Shown here one piece after another: positions 1 through 11,684 of a stretch of 46,034 nucleotides of DNA (positions within the stretch are counted from its first letter, which is position 1; each line of letters starts with the position of its first letter). The notes beneath the pieces are model-generated. The model saw nothing but the letters and a program-made list of their open reading frames with translations, was not told the origin of the DNA and searched no databases. A program made the position numbers and the translations under genes. Origin of the DNA: Octopus bimaculoides (lineage: Eukaryota); the NCBI RefSeq assembly GCF_001194135.2, contig NC_068982.1:56558659-56604692 (forward strand), given 5' to 3'.

Positions 1-27
1 AACAATTTTAGAGTTCGGATTCTAGAG

Positions 28-81
28 TTAGGGTTAGTTTTAGGGTTAGGGTTAACAGTCTAGTTAGGGTTAGGGTTAGGG
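28..81 (+). repeat. Degenerate interstitial telomere-type (TTAGGG) cluster
   Basis: Six TTAGGG copies at 28, 40, 46, 64, 70 and 76, interrupted by other sequence. Confidence 0.75.
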
Positions 82-594
82 GATTAATACGATATACACC
101 GTTACAGCGCTAACTGTTTTCAACTGAATAGACGTCAGTGATTAGTAGAAATTATCGAAATAAGACAATTTTTTACATGAAATAAATTCGAATACAAAAA
201 ATTTTTTCTGTTCTATAACACAAAATAGATAAGTATACGAAGTTTGAAAATCTTTCGGTACCAAAAACACTACATAAAACATAAATGAAAACTGGTGCCC
301 CCGTTTTGAAATAGATCCCGGCACTTATTTCGAAACTCCACTTTCGCATTACTACACATTTGTGTACCTCTATGTACCAAGGTCTGGGGACCGGCCTGGG
401 CTCAGGTGCTAATAGTTTTTAGCATCGCTCCTTGGGCAGTGGGTAGGGAAGCGATAGATGCATCTGTACAAGGTTTTTTTTTAGCGTTTGTCTATCTAAA
501 TATTAATTTTAAAAAAAGAAAAAAAACACTAAATATGATAACGATAAACAACTTGTTGGCCACAGAACATCAACAATAAGAGACTTCAAAATGT

Positions 595-749
595 GAGTGG
601 CTGTGTGGTAAGTAGCTTGCTTACTAGCCACATGGTTCCGTGTTCCGTCCCACTGCGTGGCACCTTGGGCAAGTGTCTTCTACTATAGCCTCGAGCCGAC
701 CAAAGCCTTGTGAGTGGATTTGGTAGACGGAAACTAAAAGAACCCCGTC

Positions 750-791
<42 letters not shown>

Positions 792-1185
792 CAAATAATA
801 GATAAGTATATGCATATATACGTACGTGTATGTACATACTTACATCTACCTGTATATATAGATGCATATCTGGGTACAGGACATTGCAAACAAAGCGTAG
901 ACAAAATGATAAACGAGTACAGAAAACACACAGGCCACATAGAGAACATCTCCATCAGCTGCCCCCATATATATGCATGTGTGTATATATGTTTGTCCTC
1001 ACCCACCATCGCTTGACAACCGATGCTGGTGTGTTTACGTCCCCATAACTTAACAGTTCGGCATTAAGAGACCGAGAGAATAAGTACCAGGCTTACAAAG
1101 AATAAGTCCTGGGGTCGATTTGCTCGACTAAAGGCGGTGCTCCAGCATGGCCGCAGTCAAATGACTGAAACAAGTAAAAGAGTAA
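595..1185 (+). mobile_element. SINE family A (tRNA-derived, CORE-like body), full length, with an insertion in its central (TA)n
   Basis: Head GAGTGGCTGTGTGGTAAGTAGCTTGC, body GCACCTTGGGCAAGTGTCTT (resembles the CORE-SINE motif) and tail CAGTCAAATGACTGAAACAAGTAAAAGAGT. The same blocks recur about 20 times in the window. Confidence 0.85.
789..965 (-). mobile_element. Retroelement tail fragment (Penelope-like, inferred) inserted in the (TA)n of SINE A
   Basis: Shares TACATACTTACATCTAC...TGCATATC(T/A)GGGTACAGGAC and CATCAGCTGCC with the arms of the 39100-39491 fold-back. Confidence 0.5.
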
Positions 1186-1301
1186 ACTAAAAGTGACTGG
1201 ATGCGGGTTCTAATTAATCCAAGTTAATGTCGTATATCCTTATAAACAGACACGAGACTAGTTGAATTTCTGTCAGACATTTTACGTACGTACTTCGAAA
1301 G

Positions 1302-1337
<36 letters not shown>

Positions 1338-1661
1338 CGCGCAACCTATAAAAGCGAAAGAAAACATACCACTAATAATAACAAAGTACTCCCTCCCTCC
1401 TAGGTCTATGACTTTCTACCTTCCCGCCTTTCTTCCCACTAGTTGAGTTCATGAACTCCTTAGCTTTGGAGTACTTCTAACACAACGATAGGGATATTAT
1501 ATCCCCCAGCAGCTACAGATATGAAGCCAGACATACATATGTATATATATGCCCCCACCATCAAACATACACACATGCCACTCAACAAGCACAGAAGCGA
1601 AGTATGAAATGCCACTAGCTTCATCTTCCACAACTCCGACTAAATAATACTAATAATAATA

Positions 1662-1692
<31 letters not shown>

Positions 1693-2001
1693 TAGATATA
1701 TAGATCGCCTGACGCCACAGAATGATGGAGAAAGAGGGGGTCAAAAGAAAAGGAAAACAAAAAAGAAACCTACTGCTCCGCTAACACTAGCAGTAGTAGT
1801 AGTAACAGCCAACATCATCATCAGGGACACAGAAAAAAAACCTCTCCCTCACTTTCGAGTTTTAAACGAAAAGAGAACGATTGCGGTAGGGAGGGAGGAT
1901 AGAGTTTGGTTGATCTTTGCAGCTCGTCTAAGGATCATACGAACTGCCCTGGCTGTGTGACCTTTGATTAGAAACTGCAGACGAAGAGGGAGGAGGAAAA
2001 G

Positions 2002-2035
<34 letters not shown>

Positions 2036-2781
2036 GAAAAATGATAGAGGAGTGAATGAGAAAAAGGGTAAAAAAAAATGTGAGGTAGATGTCAGCTCGC
2101 AAAATATGTAAAATAAGAGGAAAAGAGGATATGTGTAGAAAGAGTGAAAGGCGAAGATGTGAGAAGGGGCCAGTGAGGTGCGTGCGTACGCGACGGAATG
2201 TGTGTGAGTGTATGGGAGAGAGAGAGAGAGAAAGAGAGATGCAATACGGTCAAATAGTTAAAAAAAATTCGCCTCACAACAACGTCCGGGGTTCGGTCCC
2301 CTGTGTGGGATCGTGAGCATATGTTATTTTGCATATCCTCGAGTCAACCCATAACTTGCCAGTGCAATGAGGTAGACGGAAACTGTAAAGAAGCCCTCTG
2401 TCAGATGGATTGTACATGTCTGTAGAATGCCACTTATGCTTTAAATTTAGTAGATAAAACAGTTCAATCTTCATCACCGACCAACACTCACACACACACA
2501 CACACACACACTATAAAAGAAGGATAACAAAGCTATTTGCTTTGGGGAAAGAAAAGCAAAACCCCAGAAGTAGTAGATGGAGAGAAACCAAAGTTTCGTA
2601 TAAATAAACTAAATTCAATTGCATGCGGTGTTACTTTTTTTTTTTTCTTCAACATTGCTGTAAATACAAAGCTCACGAACTGTACACACAAATATATGTA
2701 AGTAATCAGATCTTATTAACGAGTAAATATATGTTTGATGGCAAAGGAATGTGTGCGTATATACACGCATTAAACAATGTG

Positions 2782-2826
<45 letters not shown>

Positions 2827-2971
2827 TGGAGAGGATGGAAGCTATATTTAGTGTGACTGTATGAATATACTTTTCCTGCTTTCAACTTGATACATAGTTG
2901 TAAACACACACACACACGAATGTAAGTATTTATATATATACATAAATATACAGTAAAGAGATTATGCACCT

Positions 2972-3050
2972 CCGGCCCGTAGGTCTGATGAGCTGCCTAT
3001 ATTGCTAAGAGCAATAATAGACATGAAACCAATGGTAAGTTCCTGACCGG
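2972..3050 (+). ncRNA. Type I hammerhead ribozyme-like motif
   Basis: CUGAUGA (2985-2991), long stem II (TATTGCT/AGCAATA, loop AAG, plus CTA/TAG), GAAA (3025-3028), stem III CC/GG with loop AAU, GUA cleavage triplet (3035-3037), bulged stem I (U-A, TAGG/CCTG, CCGG/CCGG). Folded by eye; the base of stem II has two mismatches. Confidence 0.55.
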
Positions 3051-3934
3051 TCATAACCAAACAACTACATACATATATGTATATCTACACACACAGAGTT
3101 CTGAACACTGTTTATAATTGTAAACATTGCAGTGGATGTGTATGGCTGTGAACTACATGTAAACGTTAAGCTATTTCCTGACAATAACACTAGTAACGCC
3201 ATGTACCAGCTACTCAGCACGACTAACAACAGTACCACCAACAGAGGAGATCTTAATGTGGTCGTACGACCTGCTAGAAATAACAACCAACTTTCACACG
3301 TCCTACTATTTTAGGAAAGTAATTTCGCTAATATAATACGGCCCCGAGATTCTCGCACGAAAGAAAAACAAAAAGATGCTAGGGGTCCCAATTAGCCAGT
3401 CTTTCTTTGATCATTAGACTGTTCCAAACAGACCCTGACCTTCAAACCCCTTACCCATCTATCTATCTTTCTCTTTTCAACATATACAAGTTAAAACAAG
3501 GTAGTGGAGCGACCAGTACCCAGTAGACAAATTGATCTAGAAACTGGATGTTTCTTTTAGCAGAGCAGAGTCACGGGTAGTATATGTATAAAGGTGGGTA
3601 AGGCACAGAGAAAGAGAGAGGGAGAGAGAGAGAAGCAATACAAATAAACCTACACGTTAGCATTTATATATATCATTGTTTACTTTTAATCTCATTCAGA
3701 GCCTGACCGGTGAGAGTTCAAGCGGTCACACGAGCACCATGTCCGCTCTTTTACTTCTTCCACTAAACCTTTCATTTATTTTCAAGCTTTTTTGTTCTTT
3801 ACTTTGTCTAAATGAAAAAAAAAAAACATAGATACACGGACGGTGTGCGTGAGTATATATATATACAGGCATACAATAAATAATATAAATAATTTCAATA
3901 CGGAGCAAATAGTTCAGGAGAAAAAATATTGTCC

Positions 3935-3981
<47 letters not shown>

Positions 3982-4082
3982 CGCATACATGCATAAAAGT
4001 AATTATATACACATCGACAGGCAGCAACTGTCACGGAAATACCCGAAATGTCGAGTTATATCGAAGGAATGCCTATATATAT

Positions 4083-4118
<36 letters not shown>

Positions 4119-4350
4119 ACATACATACACACACATACAAGCAAACAAATATCAATATATATACACACAAGTATACAAATTATGTATATACACACACACA
4201 CACACATATATATATAACACATATATATACATATATATATATATAAGTGGAACAAAAACGTAATAGAGGACAATAAAACATTCGGACAGACAGACGGGAC
4301 AGGGAAACCGCACATACCAGTATACAAATAGGAACATATACATACACACA

Positions 4351-4480
4351 CGCAGTAATGGCTGTGTGGTAAGTAGTTTTCTTACCAACCACGGGCAAGT
4401 GTCTTCTACTATAGCCTAGGTCTAACCAAAGCCTATTGAGTGGATTTAGTAGCCGGAAACTGAAAGAAGCCAGTCGTATA
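4351..4480 (+). mobile_element. SINE A 5' half with internal deletion
   Basis: GGCTGTGTGGTAAGTAG...GGGCAAGTGTCTTCTACTATAGCC...GGAAACTGAAAGAAGCC. Confidence 0.75.
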
Positions 4481-4552
4481 TATAGAGAGAGATAGACAGA
4501 CAGGCAGTCAGACAGATACATAGATGGAAAAATAGATAGATAGATAGATAGA

Positions 4553-5293
4553 NNNNNNNNNNNNNNNNNNNNNNNNNNNNNNNNNNNNNNNNNNNNNNNN
4601 NNNNNNNNNNNNNNNNNNNNNNNNNNNNNNNNNNNNNNNNNNNNNNNNNNNNNNNNNNNNNNNNNNNNNNNNNNNNNNNNNNNNNNNNNNNNNNNNNNNN
4701 NNNNNNNNNNNNNNNNNNNNNNNNNNNNNNNNNNNNNNNNNNNNNNNNNNNNNNNNNNNNNNNNNNNNNNNNNNNNNNNNNNNNNNNNNNNNNNNNNNNN
4801 NNNNNNNNNNNNNNNNNNNNNNNNNNNNNNNNNNNNNNNNNNNNNNNNNNNNNNNNNNNNNNNNNNNNNNNNNNNNNNNNNNNNNNNNNNNNNNNNNNNN
4901 NNNNNNNNNNNNNNNNNNNNNNNNNNNNNNNNNNNNNNNNNNNNNNNNNNNNNNNNNNNNNNNNNNNNNNNNNNNNNNNNNNNNNNNNNNNNNNNNNNNN
5001 NNNNNNNNNNNNNNNNNNNNNNNNNNNNNNNNNNNNNNNNNNNNNNNNNNNNNNNNNNNNNNNNNNNNNNNNNNNNNNNNNNNNNNNNNNNNNNNNNNNN
5101 NNNNNNNNNNNNNNNNNNNNNNNNNNNNNNNNNNNNNNNNNNNNNNNNNNNNNNNNNNNNNNNNNNNNNNNNNNNNNNNNNNNNNNNNNNNNNNNNNNNN
5201 NNNNNNNNNNNNNNNNNNNNNNNNNNNNNNNNNNNNNNNNNNNNNNNNNNNNNNNNNNNNNNNNNNNNNNNNNNNNNNNNNNNNNNNNNNNNN
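4553..5293. other. Assembly gap (N run)
   Basis: N run. Other gaps: 10947-10956, 14556-15214, 17161-17721, 29849-30009, 32113-32122, 33831-34524, 39525-39601. Confidence 1.
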
Positions 5294-5329
<36 letters not shown>

Positions 5330-5356
5330 ACAAACACACACATGAATGTATATATG

Positions 5357-5545
5357 TGTAGGAGTGGCTGTGTGGTAAATAGCTTGCTTACCAACCACAT
5401 GGTTTTGGGTTCAGTCCCACTGCGTGGCACTTTGGGCAAGTGTCTTCTACTCATAGCCTCGGGTCGACCAAATCCTTGTGAGTGGATTTGGTAATCGGAA
5501 ACTAAAGGCGGTACTCCAACATGGCCGCAGTCAAATGACTGAAAC
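5357..5545 (+). mobile_element. SINE A copy lacking the central microsatellite and middle body
   Basis: Head and CORE-like block join directly to AAAGGCGGTACTCC at GGAAACT|AAAGG. Confidence 0.8.
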
Positions 5546-5587
<42 letters not shown>

Positions 5588-5837
5588 TGTATTCCACACT
5601 CGATTCATTCTTCCTTTCTTCAACTTTAAAGTAGGTTACTCTACTATTTCCTCTGCCGTTACACTAATATGTTAAGCAGGTTTCCATTCCTTTAACAATT
5701 CTATACACTGTAGCGTTGGGGAAGTAAGTATAGGCGAGAAGAGAGGAAAAAAAACAAAACAACAAAAACAAAGAAAAAAGACATTACAAAAATGTAGTCA
5801 CAGATACAAATATGTGCCTTAAAAAAAGTGTTGACAG

Positions 5838-6190
5838 GGCACAGGCGTGGGCTGTGTGGTAAGAAGCTTGCTTCCCAACATTGTGACTTTAGCCCCATTG
5901 CGCGGCACCTAGGGCATGTGTCTTCTACTGTAGCCCGGAGCCCGAGTGGATTCAGCAGACGGAAACTGAAAAGAAGCCCGTCGTGTATGTGTATGTGTCC
6001 CCGTCCTAACCACAGCTTGATACATAGTGTAGGTGTGTTTAAGTCTCAGTAACTTAGCAGTTCGGCAAAAGAGACCGACAGAATATGTACCAGGCTTAAA
6101 GAAGACCTTGGTCGTTTCATTCGACTACAAATTCAAGGCGATGCCCCAGCATGACCACAGTCTTATGACTGAAATAAGCAAAAGATGAAA
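5838..6190 (+). mobile_element. SINE A, diverged full-length copy
   Basis: Head GGCACAGGCGTGGGCTGTGTGGTAAGAAGCTTGC through tail ATGACTGAAATAAGCAAAAG. Confidence 0.8.
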
Positions 6191-6341
6191 GGTAATAGTC
6201 TCTTGTCATGGATCTTCAAACAATCTGTGGGCTCTGAGCATAAACCATGTATATATACACACACACACACAGGTGTATTTTTCTGTTGGTTTGCTTACGT
6301 CCCGTAATTCAGCGGTTCGGCAGAATAAGTACAAGGACGGG

Positions 6342-6380
6342 GGATCACTCGGCTCGTCCGTCGATGAAGAGCGCGGCTAT
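6342..6380 (+). pseudogene. 5' fragment of 5.8S rRNA fused to a truncated SINE A and followed by A8
   Basis: GGATCACTCGGCTCGTCCGTCGATGAAGAGCGC (6342-6374) differs at one position from the conserved metazoan 5.8S 5' segment as I recall it (GGATCACTCGGCTCGTGCGTCGATGAAGARCGC). No ITS or other rDNA context. Confidence 0.75.
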
Positions 6381-6416
6381 CCGCATAAAAAAAATTTTTT
6401 TTTTTTTAAATAAAAA

Positions 6417-6600
6417 GCGGTGAGCTGGCAGAATCATTAACACGCCGGGCGAAATGCTTTGCGGTATTTCGTCTGCCGTTACGTTCTGAGTTCAAATTCT
6501 ACCGAGGTCGACTTTGCCTTTCATCCTTTCGGGGTCGATGTCTTCGATTAAACCACTCTAAAACGCAGTCCAAAGACTGAAGCAAGTGAAAGATAGATTA
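6417..6600 (+). mobile_element. SINE family B (tRNA-derived)
   Basis: GAGCTGGCAGAATC...GAGTTCAAATT (B-box-like)...GAGGTCGACTTTGCCTTTCATCCTTTCGGGGTCGAT. More than 12 copies in the window. Confidence 0.85.
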
Positions 6601-7439
6601 CAATTGAGAAGAGCCAGTTTCATCATAGGTTTACGAATGGAACTAACCAAAGGCTAAACAACAGTAATAAAGGCCAATAACAAACCGTCGTCAATATCCG
6701 GCTGCCAAACAGCTAGACAGAGCAGTTTAATCCTACCTTCTACATCATTCCCAGCTGTTTTGACTCTAGATGTTCTTCGTAATTATCTTATCGATCGCTG
6801 AAAAGTTGAACCCGAGTGGAATTTGAACTCGGGACGGAACCGAATATCAAATTATTTTGTGATGCTCTACAGATCCTGTCATTCACCTAGCCCATATATG
6901 GAAAGATTATTTTCAGTTTTTTTTTTTGTTATATTGTTACCGCTTGCTCTGTTTTTTTTTTTTTCTCTAGAAATTCTTTCCAGTTTGTATAGTGTTTCCG
7001 TATTACTATACTGTGTATGAGCACACACACACACACACATACATACATATTCTTGTAAAACGGCCACTTGTTTCGAGCAAGGCGAATATTTGCTCAGCAT
7101 CAATTAGGAGACTGACTATGCTCAACTGAAACAGCTACGGACATGCAGTTCACAACATACACACACGTGTGAGTGAGTGAGTGAGTGAGTGTATGTATGT
7201 GTGTCGGGGTGGGGGCAATCTTTTGATATTAATAGATAACGTCGTTCACCTAGCCTCTTTATGTCATGAGGGAAAGTTGTGTCAATGAATGACGTCGTCT
7301 ACTAATACCGAAATGTGTGTGTCCCAGATGAACCATGAACCTATATCACAGCAAGAAACTCAAAGGAGGCCAGCAGTGTTAAACTCCCTCCTTCACTAAA
7401 CGCCAATCGCATAAAAGAAAATGGTCACTGAAAAGGGGA

Positions 7440-8070
7440 TTACATCCACTGTAACATGGGGGTCGAAGTAATCGACTACCTCCTTCCCCCAAAATTTCAG
7501 GCCTTGTGCCTAAAATTAAAATGATTATTAGGCGAGTTGGCAGAATCATTAGCACGCCGGGCGAAATGCTTAGCGGTATTTCATCTGGCGCTGCGTTCGG
7601 AGTTCAAATTCCGTCGAAGTCGACTTTGACTTTCATCCCTTCGGGGTCGATTAAATAAGAACCAGTTACGCAATAAGGTCGATGTAATCGACTTAATCCC
7701 TTCCCCCCAAATTTCGGGCTTTGTGCCCATAGTAGAAAGGATTATCATTATTATTAAGGCGGCGAGCTTTCAGAAACGCTAGTGCGCTGGCGAATGCTTA
7801 AAGGTATTTCGTCTGTCTTCACGTTCCGAGTTCAAAATCCGCCGAGGTCGACTTTGCTTTTCGTCCTTTCAAGGTCGACAAATTAAGTACCAGTTGAGCA
7901 CTGAGGTCGGTGTAATTGACTCCCCACCCCCAAAAATTGCTGACCTTGTGGCAAAATTCGAAACCGAGGTCGATAAGTTAAGTACCAGTGAAACACTGGA
8001 GTCGACGTAATCGACTAGTCCTCTCCCCTAAAATTTTAGGCCTTCTGCCTTTACTAGAAAGGATTATTAT
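7440..8070 (+). mobile_element. Head-to-tail cluster of 3-4 SINE B copies
   Basis: A 3' end at 7440-7530, copies starting near 7531 and 7757, and a further 3' half at 7965-8070. Most junctions fall at ATT-rich tails. Confidence 0.85.
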
Positions 8071-9026
8071 CATCATCATAGTGATTGTGTAGTGACTACG
8101 TGATTGTGTGTGTGGTCGAGATATCGACTGAATGTATGTGTAAAGTTCACAGGATGAGTGTGTTTGTGTGTATTTCTGTATGCGGTGTGTGCTTTAATCT
8201 CTTAAAAAAACAAAATTTAGTTTATAATACAGAAATCCTAAGCAACACCAGTATAAAGAATACTTCCTTTCAAAGCCACAACCATATACAAATACTAATG
8301 CATTTAACAGGCTGTTTATATATATAAGATAGTTTAGTTTCAATCCAATAGAACAGACAGACGATCTAAGATCAAATGAACAAGTGCAACGCAGATTATA
8401 TAGAGGATATACAAGCAGTGTATAGTAACATGGGATGGTCACTTCTAGACTGCCTGTGTTCATTAGTTTGTTTCGATCTCAGACGCTCTGAAGACTTAGC
8501 TACAAAACAAACCAACAAAGTTACGTCATTTGCAGGAAATAATACATAAATCTCCCTCATCCTACACTTTGAATGTCTTAAAAAATAATAATAAAGAGCG
8601 TGTCAGAAAAATAAATTTGACGAAGTTCTTGGTTGAGCCGTCATCGGGGCTGACCTCAGATTAAACGATAAGGACCAGCATTACCTAGCCATCAGTGATA
8701 TCTAGGAGGCCCACAGCTAATTTATGCACGTTGGAGTTATGTATGTAGAGGCCCAAGCACGTTCCTTTGCACGGAGTCCTATACTGGTGTTAAGACGGAC
8801 TTGCAAGCCATCCGTTTAGAGTTAGTGGAGGGACCGTGTAGATCTATAATCAAAGGCATTCCAGCCACGACCGTCCCCATCTTTGATTTCAGGAAACGTA
8901 TTTAGAACTATTACTATCCGGTGTTTCTTTAATACGATATAGTGCAATTTAGCTGGCATTTCTGGCAGATGGGACGACCACGTCATGGGCCCTTTCTAGA
9001 GTCGACGAAGACAAGGTGCGTGCAGC

Positions 9027-9060
<34 letters not shown>

Positions 9061-9734
9061 AAGAGAGAAGCGGGAGAGAGGGCAGGTTGAGCGGTTGGTC
9101 GGTCGGTTACAGAAAGACACTCATTCTTGACAGACGATAATCCCTGCAGCCAAATTGCACACCTCTTTTAATTTCCACACACACACCTACATACATATTA
9201 AGCGCCCCAGATATGACAACAATGTGATACTTAGTGCAACAATCGAAACAAAATGGCTGGCAGAGAGAGAAAGAGAAAGAAAGAGAAAAGCCGATTTCAC
9301 AGCATGCATAAAGCATAGATGTGTATATAATTAAGCAGATAATCCCCAATAAATAAAACGGGACGGCGCTAATTCATCTGCATAATACCATAAAATTAAT
9401 TATTAAGCCGGTAGGTATTAAGGCAATAAGTAAACACGTACACACACACACACACATACATACAGACTTACACAATCAACACGTACAGATCTGCGCTTAT
9501 AGTAACGCATATATATTAACGTAGACTCACATATGTCGCAAACATATTTTCATAATCTCACACACACTGGATCTTACCTGGGCACACGAACGACATAACA
9601 AAATTCTGAGACTGGTTTTTCCGAAGGACGAATGCAAAAATCGTCATCAGCGGGATTTGAACACAGAATGCAAAGAAACCTGGATACACACCGCAAAATA
9701 TTCTCTTCACAGTTCTATTCACCCAGTCATTATA

Positions 9735-9931
9735 CGAGGGGGTGATGAAAAGTTCCTGGCTTGAAGGGTATCGCGAAAGGCCTAGTTGGAAACCCAACCT
9801 TCCGAGTTCTTTTACAGAGCTTAGAAAACTGAAGGGCTGCTCCCATAAGTGAGTGAATCTGGGAGGAGAGTATGTTGGATAAAATCATAATTAACTCATC
9901 CTGCTGTGTCTTCTTTTCCCCAAAGCCAGGA
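9735..9931 (+). mobile_element. mariner-type MITE with truncated right TIR
   Basis: TA|CGAGGGGGTGATGAAAAGTTCCTGGCTT at the left end and partial reverse complement AAAGCCAGGA at 9922-9931. Internal remnant VNLGGEYVG resembles a mariner C-terminus. Confidence 0.6.
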
Positions 9932-10562
9932 GGTTTGTGAAGAAGGAGAAAAACGGGGTATTATCTAGAGAGGCGTTCATAAATTTGAGTGTAAGAATAA
10001 AAAGCTAAAATAAAAAAAAAAGGACAAAAAGAAAATTTGTGGGAACCATTCTATGTATCCGTGAGAGCCTAGGGGCAATCATCACGTCAGGTTTTCCTTA
10101 AATCCAGTTGCAATAACGACTGAGGAACAGGACACAAGGTAGTAGCTACCAACTATGGTTAGTACATAAAGGGCGATTCAAAAGTCCATTTAACAATAAC
10201 GTAAACCGGCAAACAACTGAGGGCAATTGAGGTCAGCTGAACTAATAAACGTTCGTCTCGTCCCGATTTCTTTTTTCTACATACTTATCTTATACCTTAC
10301 CTTACGGCCTTCAATCACTACTCCGCACTATTTATTCAATCCTTATCATCCCTCTATCACGCACAAGGTTGACTGCTACGGGTTCAGGGACTCCAGGTTA
10401 GATAGATAGTCTACTGTCCTGCCATACACAGTCAAACGCTAAGACCTCTTTGGACAGTTGAACCAGACGTAAGCAATCTCTGAAGATTACCGGTTCCAGT
10501 TTTAGGACCTTGAGTAGTCTCACCCTGCATCTCGCTCTCTTAGACACACACATTATTAAATA

Positions 10563-10603
<41 letters not shown>

Positions 10604-10632
10604 ATGTTTGGTTATGTGTGCAAAGTGCCGAG

Positions 10633-11136
10633 TGGAGGCGCAATGGCCCAGTGGTTAGGGCAGCGGACTCGCGGTGATAGGATCGCAGTTTCGATTCCCA
10701 GACCGGGCGTTGTGAGTGTTTATTGAGCGAAAAAACACCTAAAGCTCCACGAGGTTCTGGCAGGGGGTTGGTGGCAAACCCTGCTGTACTCTTCCACCAC
10801 AACTTTCTCTCACTGTTACTTCCTGTTTCTGTTGTGCCTGTAATTCAAAGGGTCAGCCTTGTCACACTGTGTCACGCTGAATATCCCCGAGAACTACGTT
10901 AAGGGTGCACGTGTCTGTGGAGTGCTCAGCCACTTGCACGTTATTTNNNNNNNNNNAAAGGGTCAGCCTTGTCACACTGTGTCACGCTGAATATCCCCGA
11001 GAACTACGTTAAGGGTGCACGTGTCTGTGGAGTGCTCAGCCACTTGCACGTTATTTTCACGAGCAGGCTGTTCCGTTGATCGGATCAACTGGAACACTCG
11101 ACGTCGTAAGCGATGGAGTGCCAACAACAACAACAA
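10633..11136 (+). mobile_element. SINE family C, full length, with 12-bp TSD
   Basis: A box TGGCCCAGTGG (10644-10654), B-box-like GTTTCGATTCC (10688-10698), (CAA)n tail, direct repeat CAAAGTGCCGAG at 10621-10632 and 11137-11148. Contains a 100-bp artefactual duplication across the 10-N gap. Confidence 0.9.
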
Positions 11137-11319
11137 CAAAGTGCCGAGATTATTGCATCCTCATTACTACAGTATCACAATGAAAGGAGAACAAGCTGTG
11201 TGTGTGTGTGTGTGTGTGTATGGGGTGGGGCGTGAGTGAGAGCATACATACAAAAATTTCAAATATGCAACAAGTATGTTGTTACTACCGTATCTGTTAT
11301 ACACCTACATGTATGTATA

Positions 11320-11670
11320 TATTCTATCTTTTACTTGATGGGCTTTAATCGAACGAATCGATCCCAGTACTTTTTAAAAGCTTGGTGCTTATGCTATCAA
11401 TCTCTTTTGCCGAAACGCTAAAACTACGGGGACGTAAACAAACCAACACCGGTTGTCAAGCGGTGGCCACACACAAACACTAGAACACATTACACAACGT
11501 CCTTCTTTCGGTTTCCGTTCACCAAATCCACTCGCAAATCCGTTCACCAAATCCCTTATCAGCGCGGGGCAAATATAAATAGAAGGCAGCAGCCCAAAGT
11601 GCCACGCAGTGAAAATGAACCTGGGAACCTGGTTGGGAAATAAAGTTACTACACAGCCATGCCTGCGTCT
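11320..11670 (-). mobile_element. SINE A, diverged
   Basis: Reverse-complement blocks CTCTTTTGCCGAA, GGTTGTCAAGCG, CCAAATCCACTC, GTGCCACGCAGTG, CACAGCCATGCCTGCG. Confidence 0.75.
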
Positions 11671-11684
11671 ATAATAATAATAAT

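Noticed and set aside
2954-3314. Two-exon + strand gene (ATG|gtaagt at 3035, cag| at 3132, ORF containing RGDL)
   Set aside because: The frames do not join without stops or poor acceptors. The GTAAG is better explained as part of the hammerhead-like motif, and RGDL is coincidental.
4180-5454. Long ORFs of 240-424 aa across N runs (also 14269-15387, 16917-17768, 33694-34543)
   Set aside because: They are open only because N codons translate as X.
7440-8070. CRISPR-like repeat-spacer array
   Set aside because: Units are about 200-bp diverged SINE copies without unique spacers; eukaryotic DNA with no cas genes.
10634-10705. tRNA gene
   Set aside because: A and B boxes are present but continue into a SINE body with tail and TSD; no complete cloverleaf.
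10847-11056. Exact 100-bp direct repeat inside SINE C
   Set aside because: The two copies (10847-10946 and 10957-11056) flank a 10-N gap, and the second SINE C copy lacks the duplication. This is an unmerged contig overlap.
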